Origin: Malacoraja senta
Taxonomy: Eukaryota
Assembly: GCA_038087875.1 (NCBI GenBank)
Contig: JAXLNO010000050.1
Coordinates: forward strand, 248,001-294,934
Length of the DNA stretch: 46,934 nt
Direction of reading: 5' to 3'
Shown: one piece after another, positions 24,655-37,100 of the stretch
How positions within the stretch are numbered: position 1 is the first letter of the stretch
Layout: each line of letters starts with the position of its first letter
Notes under the pieces: model-generated
The model's database searches: none
Told to the model about the DNA's origin: nothing
What the model saw: the letters and a program-made list of their open reading frames with translations, nothing else
Made by a program: the position numbers and the translations under genes

Positions 24655-26333
24655 ATACCACAATTATTATACCTATTTCAGTCTATACCATTATATATAC
24701 CAAAATATATATTTTTTAAATCAGACTAATATTACTAATTTTATTTGGGATTATAGATCACACAGAATAAAAAAAAAACACTTATGTAAACCAAAAGATG
24801 TCGGGGGCCTTTCACTCCCGAATTTTTTTAATTACTATTGAGCAGTGCATATTAAGAATATAATTTACTGGTTGGACAGCTCTACCCAACAGACAGAATG
24901 GATAAGAATGGAGAAAGAGGATTGTATTTCCTTGTAATATAGGAACGATCCTCTTCTCCCCGAAAAAAACGGAACAACACAATTTATAAGATGAACCCAA
25001 TTATACACGATACAATAAGAATTTGGAAACAAATAATATTATTATTAAAATTAAGAAATTTATCATTGTTGATGCCAATAGCGAATAATCCTTTATTTAA
25101 ACCATCTCTTACTGATAAAACATATAACCAATGGGAAAGAATGGGAATTAAAAGGATCGGTGATATGTATGAAATGGGAAATCTATTATCATTCCAACAA
25201 TTACAATTAAAATTTAAACTGAAAAATAACCAATATTTTAAATATCTTCAGATTTGCGATTTCATGAAGAAATACATACAAGGATATCAAAAAATAACTT
25301 TCGATTTACTGGAAGAAGCAATGAATATTAAGGCTGACTCACAAAAATTAATATCATATTTATATAATAGTATTTTAAATATAGACCTACCATCGACAGA
25401 GGTACTTAGAGAAGAGTGTTAACGGGAATTAATGATAAAAATTACGAAGGTTACATGGGAAAATTATTTGATATATATACACAAATGTTCGATTAATGCA
25501 AGACATAATTTAATTCAATTTAAAATTTTACATAGATTATATTATTCAAAAACAAGATTGAATAAATTTTATCCAAATATGTCCCCCATTTGTGATAAAT
25601 GTCTATCCCAAAACGCAACTATAACACATTTCGTTTCCTGCATAAAACTTTATAAATTTTGGAGTGATATTTTTGAAATATTTACAAAATGATTCAAGAT
25701 AAGAATGGAACTTAATACTGAAATGATTATATTTGGAGTAATGGAAGATGGCAAAAAATTAAGCTCATCTCAAAATGTATTTATTAATTATGGTTTAATA
25801 ATAGCAAAAAAACGAATTCTTACATTTTGGAAAAATACACCAATACCAACGCTTAAAATGTGGATTTCAAGCATGTTGGACACCGCACATCTTGAGGAAA
25901 TGCGATTCCTCCTAATAGATAAATCAGACCAATTCTTAACGAGTTGGTCTCCATTTGTCGTCTTTTTGGAATCATATGGTGCAACACAATTGTAGAAGCT
26001 AACTGTTCCAGGACTGGGTGAGGGATGGTCAAGATTATAAATAATGATGTCCTTACTTTTCTTTTTCTATTTTCTACTCTCTTTTTTCTATTTTCTTTTC
26101 TTCAATTTTCTTCTTTCACTGTTTTGCTTTTCTTTTTCACACACTATATATCTCACGTTTTTCTATCCTTTATTATCTACTTTCTTTTTCTTATACTTCT
26201 TTATCATAATAAATAAAATAAGAAGCTGTACATAAAATGTATTATGTCAATATATATTAGGCACTTTGGTGCCATATGATTGTACTTCTAATAAAATAAA
26301 AATATTAAAAAAATAAAAAATAAATTAAAAAAA
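24655..26333 (+). mobile_element. L1-clade LINE 3' part (ORF2 C-terminus with zinc finger, 3'UTR, A-rich tail)
   Basis: ORFs 24991..25422, 25432..25692 and 25705..25995 (GGLSLPNF upstream; QFKILHRLY, CDKC...H...C..L..FW); aataaa and A-rich tail at ~26290-26333. Confidence 0.88.
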
Positions 26334-27010
26334 TACATTTTGACAGGTCTGGAAATAGGAACGGTTTGGAGGGATATGGGCCAAATGCAGGCAGGTGGGA
26401 CTAGAGTTTGTACGTTCTCGCTGTGTCTGTGGGTTTTCTCTGGGTGCTCCGATTTCCTCCAAAGACGTGCAGGTGTGTAGATTAATTCTGAAAATTGCCC
26501 CAGTGAGTAGGGTAGACCTAGTGTACGGGTGATCGCTGGTCGGCGCATACTTGGTGGGCTGAACGGCCTGTTTCCATGCTGTATCTCTAAAGTAAGCTTA
26601 GATAGAATGACTGCATCATTTCACCACGTTGAGCAATACTCTCTGTATCATGGGCATCACCACAATCCCAATTACTTGTCCATCATATGTTAACACCTCA
26701 GTTAACATTGACCCCTCACTCATAAGTTACAGGAGCAGAATTAGGCCATTCGGCCCATCAAGTCTACTCCGCCATTCAATTATGGCTGATCTATTTTTCC
26801 CTCTCAACCCCATTCTCCTATCTACTCCCCATAACCCCTGACACTCGTTCTAATCAAGAATCTATCTATTTCCACCTTAAAAATATTAAATGACGGCCTC
26901 CACAGCCGCCTGTGTTGATGAATTCCACAGATTCACCACCCTCTGGCTAAAGACATTCCTCCTCATCTCCTTCTTAAAGGAATGTCCTTTAATTCTGAGG
27001 CTTCCTAGAC

Positions 27011-28031
27011 CAGGGGTTGCCAACCTTTTTCATCCCATTTACCCCTGGCAACTTTAATAACACATAGATACATAGATACATAGAAAATAGGTGCAGGATA
27101 CAACACATCCACTGGTTCTCCCCTATCCACTCGTTACATCCTCGAAAGATTCTATAAGATTCGTCAGACACGATTTACCTTTCGTAAATCCATGCTGACT
27201 TTGTTCAATGATTTCACCACTTTCCAAATGTGCTGCTATCCCATCTTTAATAACTGACTCTAGCAGTTTCCCCACTACCGATGTTAGACTAACTGGTCTG
27301 TAATTCCCCGTTTTCTCTCTCCCTCCCTTCTTAAAAAGTGGGGTTACGTTTGCTACCCTCCAATCCTCAGGAACTACTCCAGAATCTAAAGAGTTTTGAA
27401 AAATTATCACTAATGCATCCACTATTTCTGGAGCTACTTCCTTAAGTACTCTGGGATGCAGCCTATCTGGCCCTGGTGATTTATCGGCCTTTAATCCATT
27501 CAATTTACCCAACACCACTTCCCGACTAACCTGGATTCCACTCAGTTCCTCCATCTCCTTTGACCCGCGGCCCCCTGCTATTTCCGGCAGATTATTTATG
27601 TCTTCCTTAGTGAAGACGGAACCAAAGTAGTTATTCAATTGGTCCGCCATATCCTTGTTCCCCATGATCAATTCACCTGTTTCTGACTGCAAGGGACCTA
27701 CATTTGTTTTAACTAATCTCTTTCTCTTCACATATCTATAAAAACTTTTGCAGTCAGTTTTTATGTTCCCTGCCAGTTTCCTTTCATAATCTTTTTCCCT
27801 TTCCTAATTAAGCCCTTTGTCCTCCTCTGCTCGGCTCTGAATTTCTCCCAGTATTCTCCCAGTCACAATATTATTTCACTTATTTATGGATGAACAGATT
27901 TGCGATACCAGAACCAAACACAGTCAGTCAAAGTGAAAAAGTATGTACAAATCCAGAATCAATAAATTTACCCCCTGGGTAGGCGAAATTTACCCTCTGG
28001 GGGTAAATTTAACCCAGGCTAGGAACCCTTG
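27011..28031. mobile_element. Non-autonomous hAT (Charlie-like) element containing a CR1 insertion
   Basis: Ends caggggttgccaacc...ggctaggaacccttg; 8-bp flanks tcctagac (27003-27010) and tccgagac (28032-28039). Confidence 0.65.
27063..27850 (-). mobile_element. CR1 fragment with large internal deletion
   Basis: ORF 27123..27731 (CR1 ORF2, very similar to the 13776 copy) is joined directly to the 3' tail (catagata)n. Confidence 0.88.
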
Positions 28032-28628
28032 TCCGAGACTCTCCCATGAGTGGAAACATCCTATCCACATCCATACTGTCCAAACCTTTCACTATTCGGT
28101 GCATTTCAATGAACTCCAGCGAGTACAGGCCCACTGCCGTCATAAACGCTCATCATAGGTTAACCCACTCATTCCTGGGATCATTCTCGTAAACCTCCTC
28201 TGGACCCTCTCCACAGCCAGCACATCCTTCCTCAGATATGGTGCACGAAATTGCTCACAATATTCCAAATGTGGCCTGACCAGCGCCTTATAGAGCCTCA
28301 GCATTACATCCCTGTTTTTGTATTCTAGCCCTCTTGAAATAAATGCGAGCATTGCGTTTGCCTTCTTTATCACTGATTTGTCTTGCTGATTACCTTTTTG
28401 GGAATCCTGCACCAGAACTCCCAACTCCCTTTGCACCTCCGATTTCTGGATTCTCACCCCATTTAGAAATTAGTCTATGCCTTTTCTCCCCATTCATCTT
28501 TCTCTCACTTTGTTTTATATCATGCCTTGAACTCCAGTTTTTAAACATCTGTTCATTATTCACTCTGCCATAATTTGCTTCTGGCATCCTTATCCATCTC
28601 AATTAGCTCCCATCCCCCACATATGCTG

Positions 28629-30420
28629 TTTAAGAAGGAACTGCAGATGCTGGAAAATCGAAGGTGGACAAAATTGCTGGAGAAACTCAGCGGGTGCAGC
28701 AGCATCTATGGAGCGGAGGAAATAGGCAACGTTTCGGGCCAAAACCCTTCTTCAGACTGATGTAGGATGGGGGGGAGGATTGGGAGAAGAAAGGAGAAAG
28801 GAAGAGGAGGAGCCAGAGGGCTGAGGGAGAGCTGAGAAGGGGAGGGGAAGAGGAGGAGACAGCAAGGGCTACCGGAAATTGGAGGTCAATGTTTATGCCG
28901 CTAGAGTACAAACTGCCCAAGCGGAATATGAGGTGCTGCTCCTCCAATTTACGGTGGTCCTCACTCTGGCCATGGAGGAGGCCCAGGACAGAAAGGTCGG
29001 ATTCGGAATGGGAGGGGGAGTTGAAGTGCTGAGCCACAGGGAGATCAGGTTGGTTAATGCGGACCGAGCGGAGGTGTTCGGCGAAACGATCGCCAAGCCT
29101 ATGCTTGGTCTCACCGATGTAGATCAGCTGACATCTAGAGCAGCGGATGCAATAGATGAGGTTGGAGGAGATGCAGGTGAACCTCTGTCGCACCTGGAAC
29201 GACTGCTTGGGTCCTTGAATGGAGTCGAGGGGGGAGGTAAAGCGACAAGTGTAGCATCTCTTGCGGTTGCAAGGGAAAGTACCCGGGGAGGGGGTGGTGC
29301 GGGAGGGAAGGGAAGAATTGACCAGGGAGTTACGGAGGGAGCAGACGGGGTGGAGATGGGAGGATGTGGCGAGTGGTGGGGTCACGTTGGAGGTGGCGAA
29401 AATGACGGAGGACTATTTGTTGTATGTGACGGCTAGTGGGGTGAAAGGTGAAGACTAGGAGGACTCTGCCCTAGTTGCGAGTGGAGGGATGGGGAGAGAG
29501 AGCAGTGTTACGGGTTATTGAAGAGCCCCTGGTGAGAGCCCCATCTATAGTAGGGGAGGGGAACCCCCGTTCCCTGAAGAATGAGGACATTTCCGATGTC
29601 CTGGTGTGGAACACGTCATCCTGGGAGCAGATGCGGCGTAGACGGAGGAATTGGGAGTAGGGGATGGAGTCCTTACAGGAAGCAGGGTGGGATGAAATGT
29701 AGTCTAGATAGCCATTGGAGTCAGTGGGTTTATAGTGGACTGTCTGCTCTCTGCAAAGACCGCTCCCTCCGTAACTCTCTGGTCAATTCGTCCCTTCCCT
29801 TCCCTCCCCGGGCACTTTCCCTTGCAACCGCAAGAGATGCTACACTTGTCGCTTTACCTCCCCCCTCGACTCCATTCAAGGACCCAAGCAGTCGTTCCAG
29901 GTGCGACAGAGGTTCACCTGCATCTCCTCCAACCTCATCTATTGCATCCACTGCTCTAGATGTCAGCTGATCTACATCGGTGAGACCAAGCGTAGGCTTG
30001 GCGATCGTTTCCCCGAACACCTCCGCTCGATCCGCATTAACCAACCTGATCTCCCTGTGGCTCAGCACTTCAACTCCCCCTCCCATTCCGAATCCGTCTT
30101 TTCCGTCCTAGGCCTCCTCCATGGCCAGAGTGAGCACCACCGGTAATTGGAGGAGCAGCACCTCATATTGGGCAGTTTGCACCCTAGCGGAAAAAACATT
30201 GACTTCTCCAATTTCCGGTAGCCCATGCTGTCTCCTCCTCTTCTCCTCCCTTTCTCAGCTCTCCCTCAGCCTTCTGGCTCCTCCTTTTCTTTCTTCTCCC
30301 CACCACCCCCCCCCCCACCCTACATCAGTCTGAAGAAGGGTTTCGGCCCGAAACGTTGCCTATTTCCTCCGCTCCATAGATGCTACTGCACCCGCTGAGT
30401 TTCTCCAGCACTTTTGTCTA
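28629..30420. mobile_element. Penelope-like retroelement: two 5'-truncated copies in inverted orientation, one insertion
   Basis: GIY-YIG endonuclease ORFs 28687..29385 (-) and 29901..30146 (+) (NLIYCI.CSRCQLIYIGETK.RLGDRF.EH); TSD ccccacatatgctg at 28615-28628 and 30421-30434. Confidence 0.9.
30328..30360 (+). ncRNA. Minimal hammerhead-ribozyme-like motif at the Penelope 3' end (mirror copy 28728-28755 on -)
   Basis: CTGAAGA-A-GGGT-ttcg-GCCC-GAAA-CGTT, with a UUCG tetraloop on stem II. Confidence 0.55.
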
Positions 30421-30611
30421 CCCCACATATGCTGAATCCTCCTTAGTTTAGTTTTAGAGATACAGCATGGAATCAGGCCCTTCGGCCCGCCGAGTCTACG
30501 TTGACCAACGATCACCCTCATGCTAATTCTATGTTATTCTATATGCTTAGGGACAATTCATAGAAGCCAATTAACATTAGAGCTGCTGCCTCACAGCGCC
30601 AGAGACCCAGG

Positions 30612-31020
30612 TCAGTTTAGTTTATTGTCACGTGTACCGCGATACAGTGAAAAGCTTTTTGTTGCGTGCTATCCAGTCAGCCGAAAGACAATATATGATT
30701 ACAATCGAGCCATTTACAGTGTACAGATGCATGATAAGGGAATAATGTTTAGTGCAAGATAAACCCAGTAAAGTACGATCAAGGATAGACCAAGGTGGAT
30801 ATCAATGAGGATAGATAGATGGATATCAATGAGGTAGTTAGCAGTTTAGCACTGCTCTCTGGTAGGGGTAGGATAGTTCAGTTGCCTGATAACAGCTGGG
30901 AAGTAACTGTCCCTGAATCTGTGCGTTTTCACACTTCTTTACCTTTTGCCTGATGGGAGAGGGGAAAAGAGGGAGTGGCCAGGATTTGACATCCTTGATT
31001 ATGTTGCTGGCCTTGCCGAG
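30612..31020 (-). mobile_element. Rex1/Babar-like LINE 3' fragment
   Basis: Reverse complement of the 8720-9075 type sequence (LGKASNIIKD...SLFSPLPSGKR). Confidence 0.65.
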
Positions 31021-31206
31021 TCTAGGAATGTGTTTGATGCTGACCTTGGGTGCTGCCTGTGTGTGTGGAGTTTGCACATTCTCCCTGTGACCGTGTGCCT
31101 TCTCCGGCTGTGTGTGTGTGTGTGTGTGTGGAGTTGGCATGTTCTCTCTGTGACCGCACGGCTTCTCCAGATGTGTGTGCTGATGCATTGTGCTCCCTAC
31201 TTGCAG

Positions 31207-31858
31207 GCTCTTTCTAGGGTCAGAGGTCATCGGGAACAGCACTCCCAAGAACAGCGAGCAGCCCAAGTCCCCGCCCAGCAGCAGCTCTGGGGAGAGCATG
31301 GACTCCATCAGCTTTTGTTCATCCGACCACAACATCAAAGACACCAGCACAACGCCCACCGACATGCCTGCCGACAGGGCCACCAACATGCCCGCTGACA
31401 TGCCCGCCGACACGGCCACCAACACACACGCCGACACGGCCACCAACACACACGCCGACATGCCCGCCGACAGGGCCACCAACATGCCCGCTGACATGCC
31501 CGCCGACATGGCCACCAACACACACGCCGACAGGGCCACCAACATGCCCGCCGACATGGCCACCAACACACATGCCGACATGCCCGCCGACACGGCCACT
31601 GACACATGTGCCGCCGACACGGCCACCAACATGCCCACCGACACGTCCACCAACATGCCCACCGACACGGCCACCGACACGCGCGCCGACACGGCCACCA
31701 ACATGGCCGACAACACACCCACCGAGACGGCCGCAAACACGGTTGACGACACGGTCGACGACACCGCCGCCGACACGGCCGCCATGACGGCATCCGACAC
31801 GCCTGCAGACACGGCCACCGGCACGGCCCACGACACGCCACCAACATGCCCGCCATGA
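31207..31858 (+). CDS. RGL1: RGL1-like exon (L)LFLGSEVIGNSTPKNSEQPKSPPSSSSGESMDSISFCSS... followed by a D-T/M-P/A-A/T tetrapeptide repeat; stops at TGA 31856-31858 as assembled
   Basis: ctccctacttgcag acceptor, phase 2. Resembles RGL1 LFLGSD...EQPKS..SGSSGESMDSVS; part of ORF 31190..31858. The 3' end is uncertain (frameshift, no donor). Confidence 0.85.
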
Positions 31859-31902
31859 CGGCATCCGACACGCCTGCAAACACGACCACCGACACGCCCA
31901 AG
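31361..31902 (+). repeat. Coding 12-bp tandem repeat (gacatgcccgcc / gacacggccacc / aacatgcccgcc), about 45 units
   Basis: 12-nt periodicity directly visible; encodes DMPA/DTAT/NMPA/NTHA. Confidence 0.95.
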
Positions 31903-32166
31903 AGCCGCAAAGAAAGGCACAAAGAAAGGGCCGCACTCTCACTCACTCACACTTCACTCACCCATTCACTCTCACTCACTCTCCCTCACTCACTTACCTA
32001 CTCACACTCACTCCTCTCTCACACACTCTTCACTCACTCTCACTCACCCACTCACTCTCACTCTCACTCACACACTCACTTACACACACTCACCCACACT
32101 CTCAACTCACACTCACTCTCACTCACTCTCACTCATTCACTCTCACTCACCCATTCACTGTCACTC

Positions 32167-34133
32167 CGTATGCAGACATGGCATCGAAGGATGAAATGCC
32201 GAAGCGAAGAAGTGGAAGCTAAATAAACGAACGGAAACAATGCCGTAAAGCCAAATAACCAAAAGAGCGCAAGGCCAAAAAGCCAAAAAAACGACGGACG
32301 CGAGGCCGAAAAGCCAAATAACCGAAAGGGTGAGATGCCTAAGAGCCGACTAACGGAACATAAAAGACGACGAAAAGCCAACTCACTGAAAGGGCGGATC
32401 GCCGAAAAGCCAAATAACCAAAAGGGCGGGACATCTAAAAGCCAACTCACCGAACGGATGCATCGCCAAAAAGCCAAATAACAAACATGACGTCACCAGG
32501 GGGGTGGAACTTGTCAGCGATTGGTCCAGACTCCCGAGTCCATCACATCACTGGCCGGGGGAGATGGGTGGGTGGGGATCATTTTTTAATTTTCCTTCAC
32601 CACTTTTGGAATTTCCTAAGTATAAAATAAAACCGCATGTGATTGGAACTTTCGGTTGATTATACAAAATAATAATCTAATTTGGTTCCATAGATATTTA
32701 CACCAACTGTAACAATCATATTTTGACTATCACAATACATTTACATACACTACCGTGCATCTTGAAAGCCACTGGTCTTTTGGGTGTGAATCGAGAAACC
32801 AGACGAAAAAAATGACTTTTTTTCAAGAATACCTTAGCTTGCTGAGGTGGTTCAGTGATATGAGTAAGTGTGAATAGGCGTGAGTTATTGTCAGCGTGCA
32901 CGCCCGAGAGATGGGAAATGTCCGCGCTACGCTGCCTTGGGCCTTTATTCCCAGTAAGCAGAATTCTTCGAACTTCCGTGGACCTCCAGCCGAGGTGGAG
33001 CTCGGCCGGGAAGAGAGTGCGTGCTGTCACGAAGGATAAGCTCCTTCAGCCGCTTACACCTTGGTGCTCGGGTACAGAGTGCCCAGTGTCACCCTCCAGC
33101 CCCGGGTATTCTTGTGTGGGAAGATGCTGCTGATGCTGGTACACACTGACAAATAGACACAAAATGATGGAGTAACTCAGCGGGACAGACATCATCTCTG
33201 GATAGAAGGAATGGGTGACTTTTCGGGTAGAGACCCGTCTTCAGACAATCACAAGTATTCTCACCGACGAGATTTCAGTTCACTGATGGGTCTAGAACCG
33301 AAACATCACCCATTTCTTCTCTCCAGAGATACTGCCTGTCCTGTTGTGTATGTGGCCGAAGGAGCTCAACCTTTGGGACAGCCCGCACTCTCTTCCCCGG
33401 GTCAGTGCTGTCCGGCCACGGCCACCCACCGCCTCAGCTGAGGGTCAACGGAGGTTCGAAGAATTCTGCTTACTGGGAATAAAAACACGAGGCAGCGCAG
33501 CGTGGACACTTCCCATCTCTCGGGCGTGCACGCTGACACTAACTCATGCCGGTTCACACTTACTCATATCAGTGAGCTGACTCAGTGAGCTAAGATATTC
33601 TTTAAAAATCAGTCATAATTTTCGTCTGGTTTCTCGATTCACACCCAAAAGGACCAGTGGCCTTCAAGATGCACGGTAGTGTACGTAAATGTATTGTGGT
33701 AGTCAAAATATAATTGTTACAGTTGGTGTAAATATCAATGGAACCAATTTGGATTATTATTTTGTTAAAGAAACCGAAAGTTCCAATCACACGGAGTTTT
33801 ATTTTATATTTAGGAAAGACCAAATGTAGCGAAGGAAAATTAAAAATGATCCCCACCCTTCTGTCTCCCCCGGCCAGTGATGTGATGGACACGGGGTTCT
33901 GGACCAATCGCTGATAAATCCCATCCCCCTGTGACATCATGTCTGTTATTTGGCTTTTCGTCGTCGTTTCCGTTCGGTTTGTTGGCTTTTAGGCGTCTCG
34001 CCCTTTCTGTTATTTGGCTTTTCATTCTTGTGTCCGTTCGGTTATTTGGCTTTTCGGCATCGTTTCCGTTCGGTTATTTGGCTTCCACTTCTTTGTTTCT
34101 GCATCTCGTCCTTCGACACCACGTCCGGGTAAC
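32167..34133. mobile_element. Second foldback element of the same family, opposite orientation
   Basis: Arms 32167-~33060 and ~33345-34133 are inverted. Termini cgtatgcagacatgg and ccacgtccgggtaac each match an end of 21763-23958 at 14/15; same ccgaa subterminal repeats. Confidence 0.75.
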
Positions 34134-37100
34134 TCTCACTCACCCACTTCTCACTCACTCGCACTCTCTCACTCACCCTCACTCTTCACCCACCCACACA
34201 CTCACCCATCCACTCACTCTCACTCACTCACTCTCACTCGCCCACTCACTCACATTCTCACTCACTGTCACTCACTGCCACTCACCCAATCACTGTCTCT
34301 CACTCGCACGCACACTCACTCATTTTCACTTACACCCTCACTCACCCGCTCACTCTCACTCCCTCAACTCGCTCACTCTAATTCACTCACACTCTTCACT
34401 CACTCTCTCACTCCAGCACACTTAGTCACACTCTCACACTCACTCTCTCTCACTCTCCACTCACTCACACTCTTCACTCACTCTCTCACATTTACTCACT
34501 CTCTCACACTCACTCTCACTCTCTCACTCACACTCTTCACTCACTCTCACTCACCCACTCGCACTCTCACTCACGCACTCACTCTTCACTCATTATATTA
34601 CTCACCCACTCACTCTCACGAACTCACTCTCACTCATTTCACGCAGCCCACTCACTAACTCACTCTTCACTCACTCATTCCAAGTCACGTTTTGCTCACT
34701 CACCTACTCACACTCTCTAACCCACTCACACTCATTCACTCACACCCACTCTCACACACCCACTTGCTCTCACTCTCACTAACTCATACCCACTCTTACC
34801 CACTCTCTCACTCACCCACGCTCTCACTCACTCACTTGCTCTTCACTCTCACTCACTCACCCACATAGTCATTCACTCTCACTCTCTCACTCACTCACTT
34901 CACTCATTCACTCTCACACCCACACTCTCACGCACTCTCACTCACCCACTCACACTCTCACACCAACACTCACTATCTCATTCACTCACTCAATATTACC
35001 CATTCACTGACTCTCACTCTCACCCACTCTCACTCACTCTCACTCACCCACGTTCTCACTCATTCTCACTCACTCTCGCCCACTCACTCATTCTCTCACT
35101 CACCCACTCTTACTCACTGTCGCACTATCATTCACTCACTCTTCACTCAGTCTCATTCACCCACTCTCAATCTTCACTCACCCACACACTAACCCACTCA
35201 CTTACTCTCAGTCACTCACCCAGTCACACTCACTCACTCTCATTCATTCACTCACTCTTTACTCACTCCCACTCACTCACTCTCACTCACTCATTTTCTC
35301 ACTCTCATGCACACCCACTCTCTCACTCACCTTCACTCACTCTCACTCACACTCTTCAGCCACACTCTCACTCACTCACACTCTCTCACTACCACTCACT
35401 CGCTCTTCACTCACTTACTCTCACACTCTCACTATCACCCACCCACTCATAGTCACACAATCTCACTCCCTCACTCACTGACCCACACACTCTCACTCTC
35501 ACACTCTTCACTCACTCTCACTCACCCACTCACACTCACTCACCCACACTCTCACTCAATCTCACACCCACTCACTCTTATTCACGCACTCACTATCTCA
35601 TTGACTCTCACTCAATCTCACCCATTCACTTTCACTCACTCACCCACTCTCACTCACTCACTCTCACTCATTCACCCACACTCACTCACCCACACCCACT
35701 CACTCATTCTCTCACTCACTCTTCACTCACCCACACACTCACCGACTCACTCACACTCACACTCTCACTCACTCTTCACTCATCCACTCACTCTCAGTCA
35801 CCCACCCACTCACTCTCAGTCACTCACCCACTCACTCACTCTCATTCATTCACTCACTCTTTACTCACTAACTCACTCACACTCACCCACTCACTCACAC
35901 TCACTCACTCCCACTCACTCATTGTCTCACTCTCATGCACACTCTCACACTCTCATTCACCCACCCTCTCACTCACTCTCACTCACACTCTTCACTCTCA
36001 CTCATTCACACTCTCACTACCACTCACCCGCTTTTCACTCACTCATTCTCACTCACGCACTCTCACACCCACTCACACTCACTCACCCACACTCTCACTC
36101 TCACTCGCTCCCACTCACTCAATCCTATTGACTCACACTATCTCATTCACTCAATCTCACCCATTCACTGACTCTCACTCTCACACTCACTCACCCACAC
36201 TCTCACCCACAGTCATTTTCTCACTCACCCTCTCTCACTCACTGCCTCACTATCATTCACACTCTCTCACTCACCCACTCTCACTCTTCACTCACCCACT
36301 CTCACTTTTCACTCACCCACACACTAACCCACTCACTCACACTCACTCTCTCACTCACTCACTCTTCATTCACCCACTCACTCAGTCACTCACCCACTCA
36401 CACTCACTCTCATTCATTCACTCTTTCATGCTCTTTACTCACTAACACTCACTCACACTCACTCACACGCTCGCTCACTCATTGCTCACTCATGCACACT
36501 CACTTACACTCATTCACCCACTCTCTCACTCACTCACACTCTTCACTCACTCACCCACTCACACTCACTCGCCCACACTCTCACTCTGACTCACTCCCAC
36601 ACACTCACTCTTATTCACTCACTATCTCATTCACTCTCACTCAATCTCACCCATTCACTGACTCTCACTCTCTCAGTCACCCACTGTCACTCACTCTCAC
36701 CCACTCACTCTCTCTCTCACTCACTTTTCACTCACCCACACACTAACACACTCACTCACACTCACTCTCTCACTCACTCGCTCACTCTCACACACTCACT
36801 CTCACACTCACTCTTCACTCACCCACTCACACTCACTCACTCAGTCACTCATCCAGTCACACTCACTCACCCACTCATTCATTCAATCTTTACTCACTCA
36901 TGCACACTCACCAACTCACTCACTCTCACTCCCACACACTCACTGTCTCACTATCATGCACAGTCACTCACTCTCACACTGTCATTCACCCACTCACTCA
37001 CTCTCACTCACATTCTTCATACACTCACTCACACTCTCACTACCACTCACTCGCTCTTCACTCACTCACTCTCACTCACACGCTCACTCTTAACTTACTC

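Larger units (their letters stand above)
26720..28470 (-). mobile_element. CR1 LINE 3' fragment interrupted by a hAT element
   Basis: ORF 28140..28457 is CR1 ORF2-like; 3'UTR at ~26720-27010; CR1 sequence resumes after the 27011-28031 insertion. Confidence 0.8.

Noticed and set aside
30838..31946. Hydrophobic 360-aa and Gly/Cys-rich minus-strand ORFs
   Set aside because: Antisense or alternative-frame shadows of the 12-bp repeat; only the + frame carries RGL1 homology and a splice acceptor.
32158..34142. TSD for the second foldback (ctgtcactc / ctctcactc)
   Set aside because: The flanks are low-complexity CACT repeats, so the match is uninformative.
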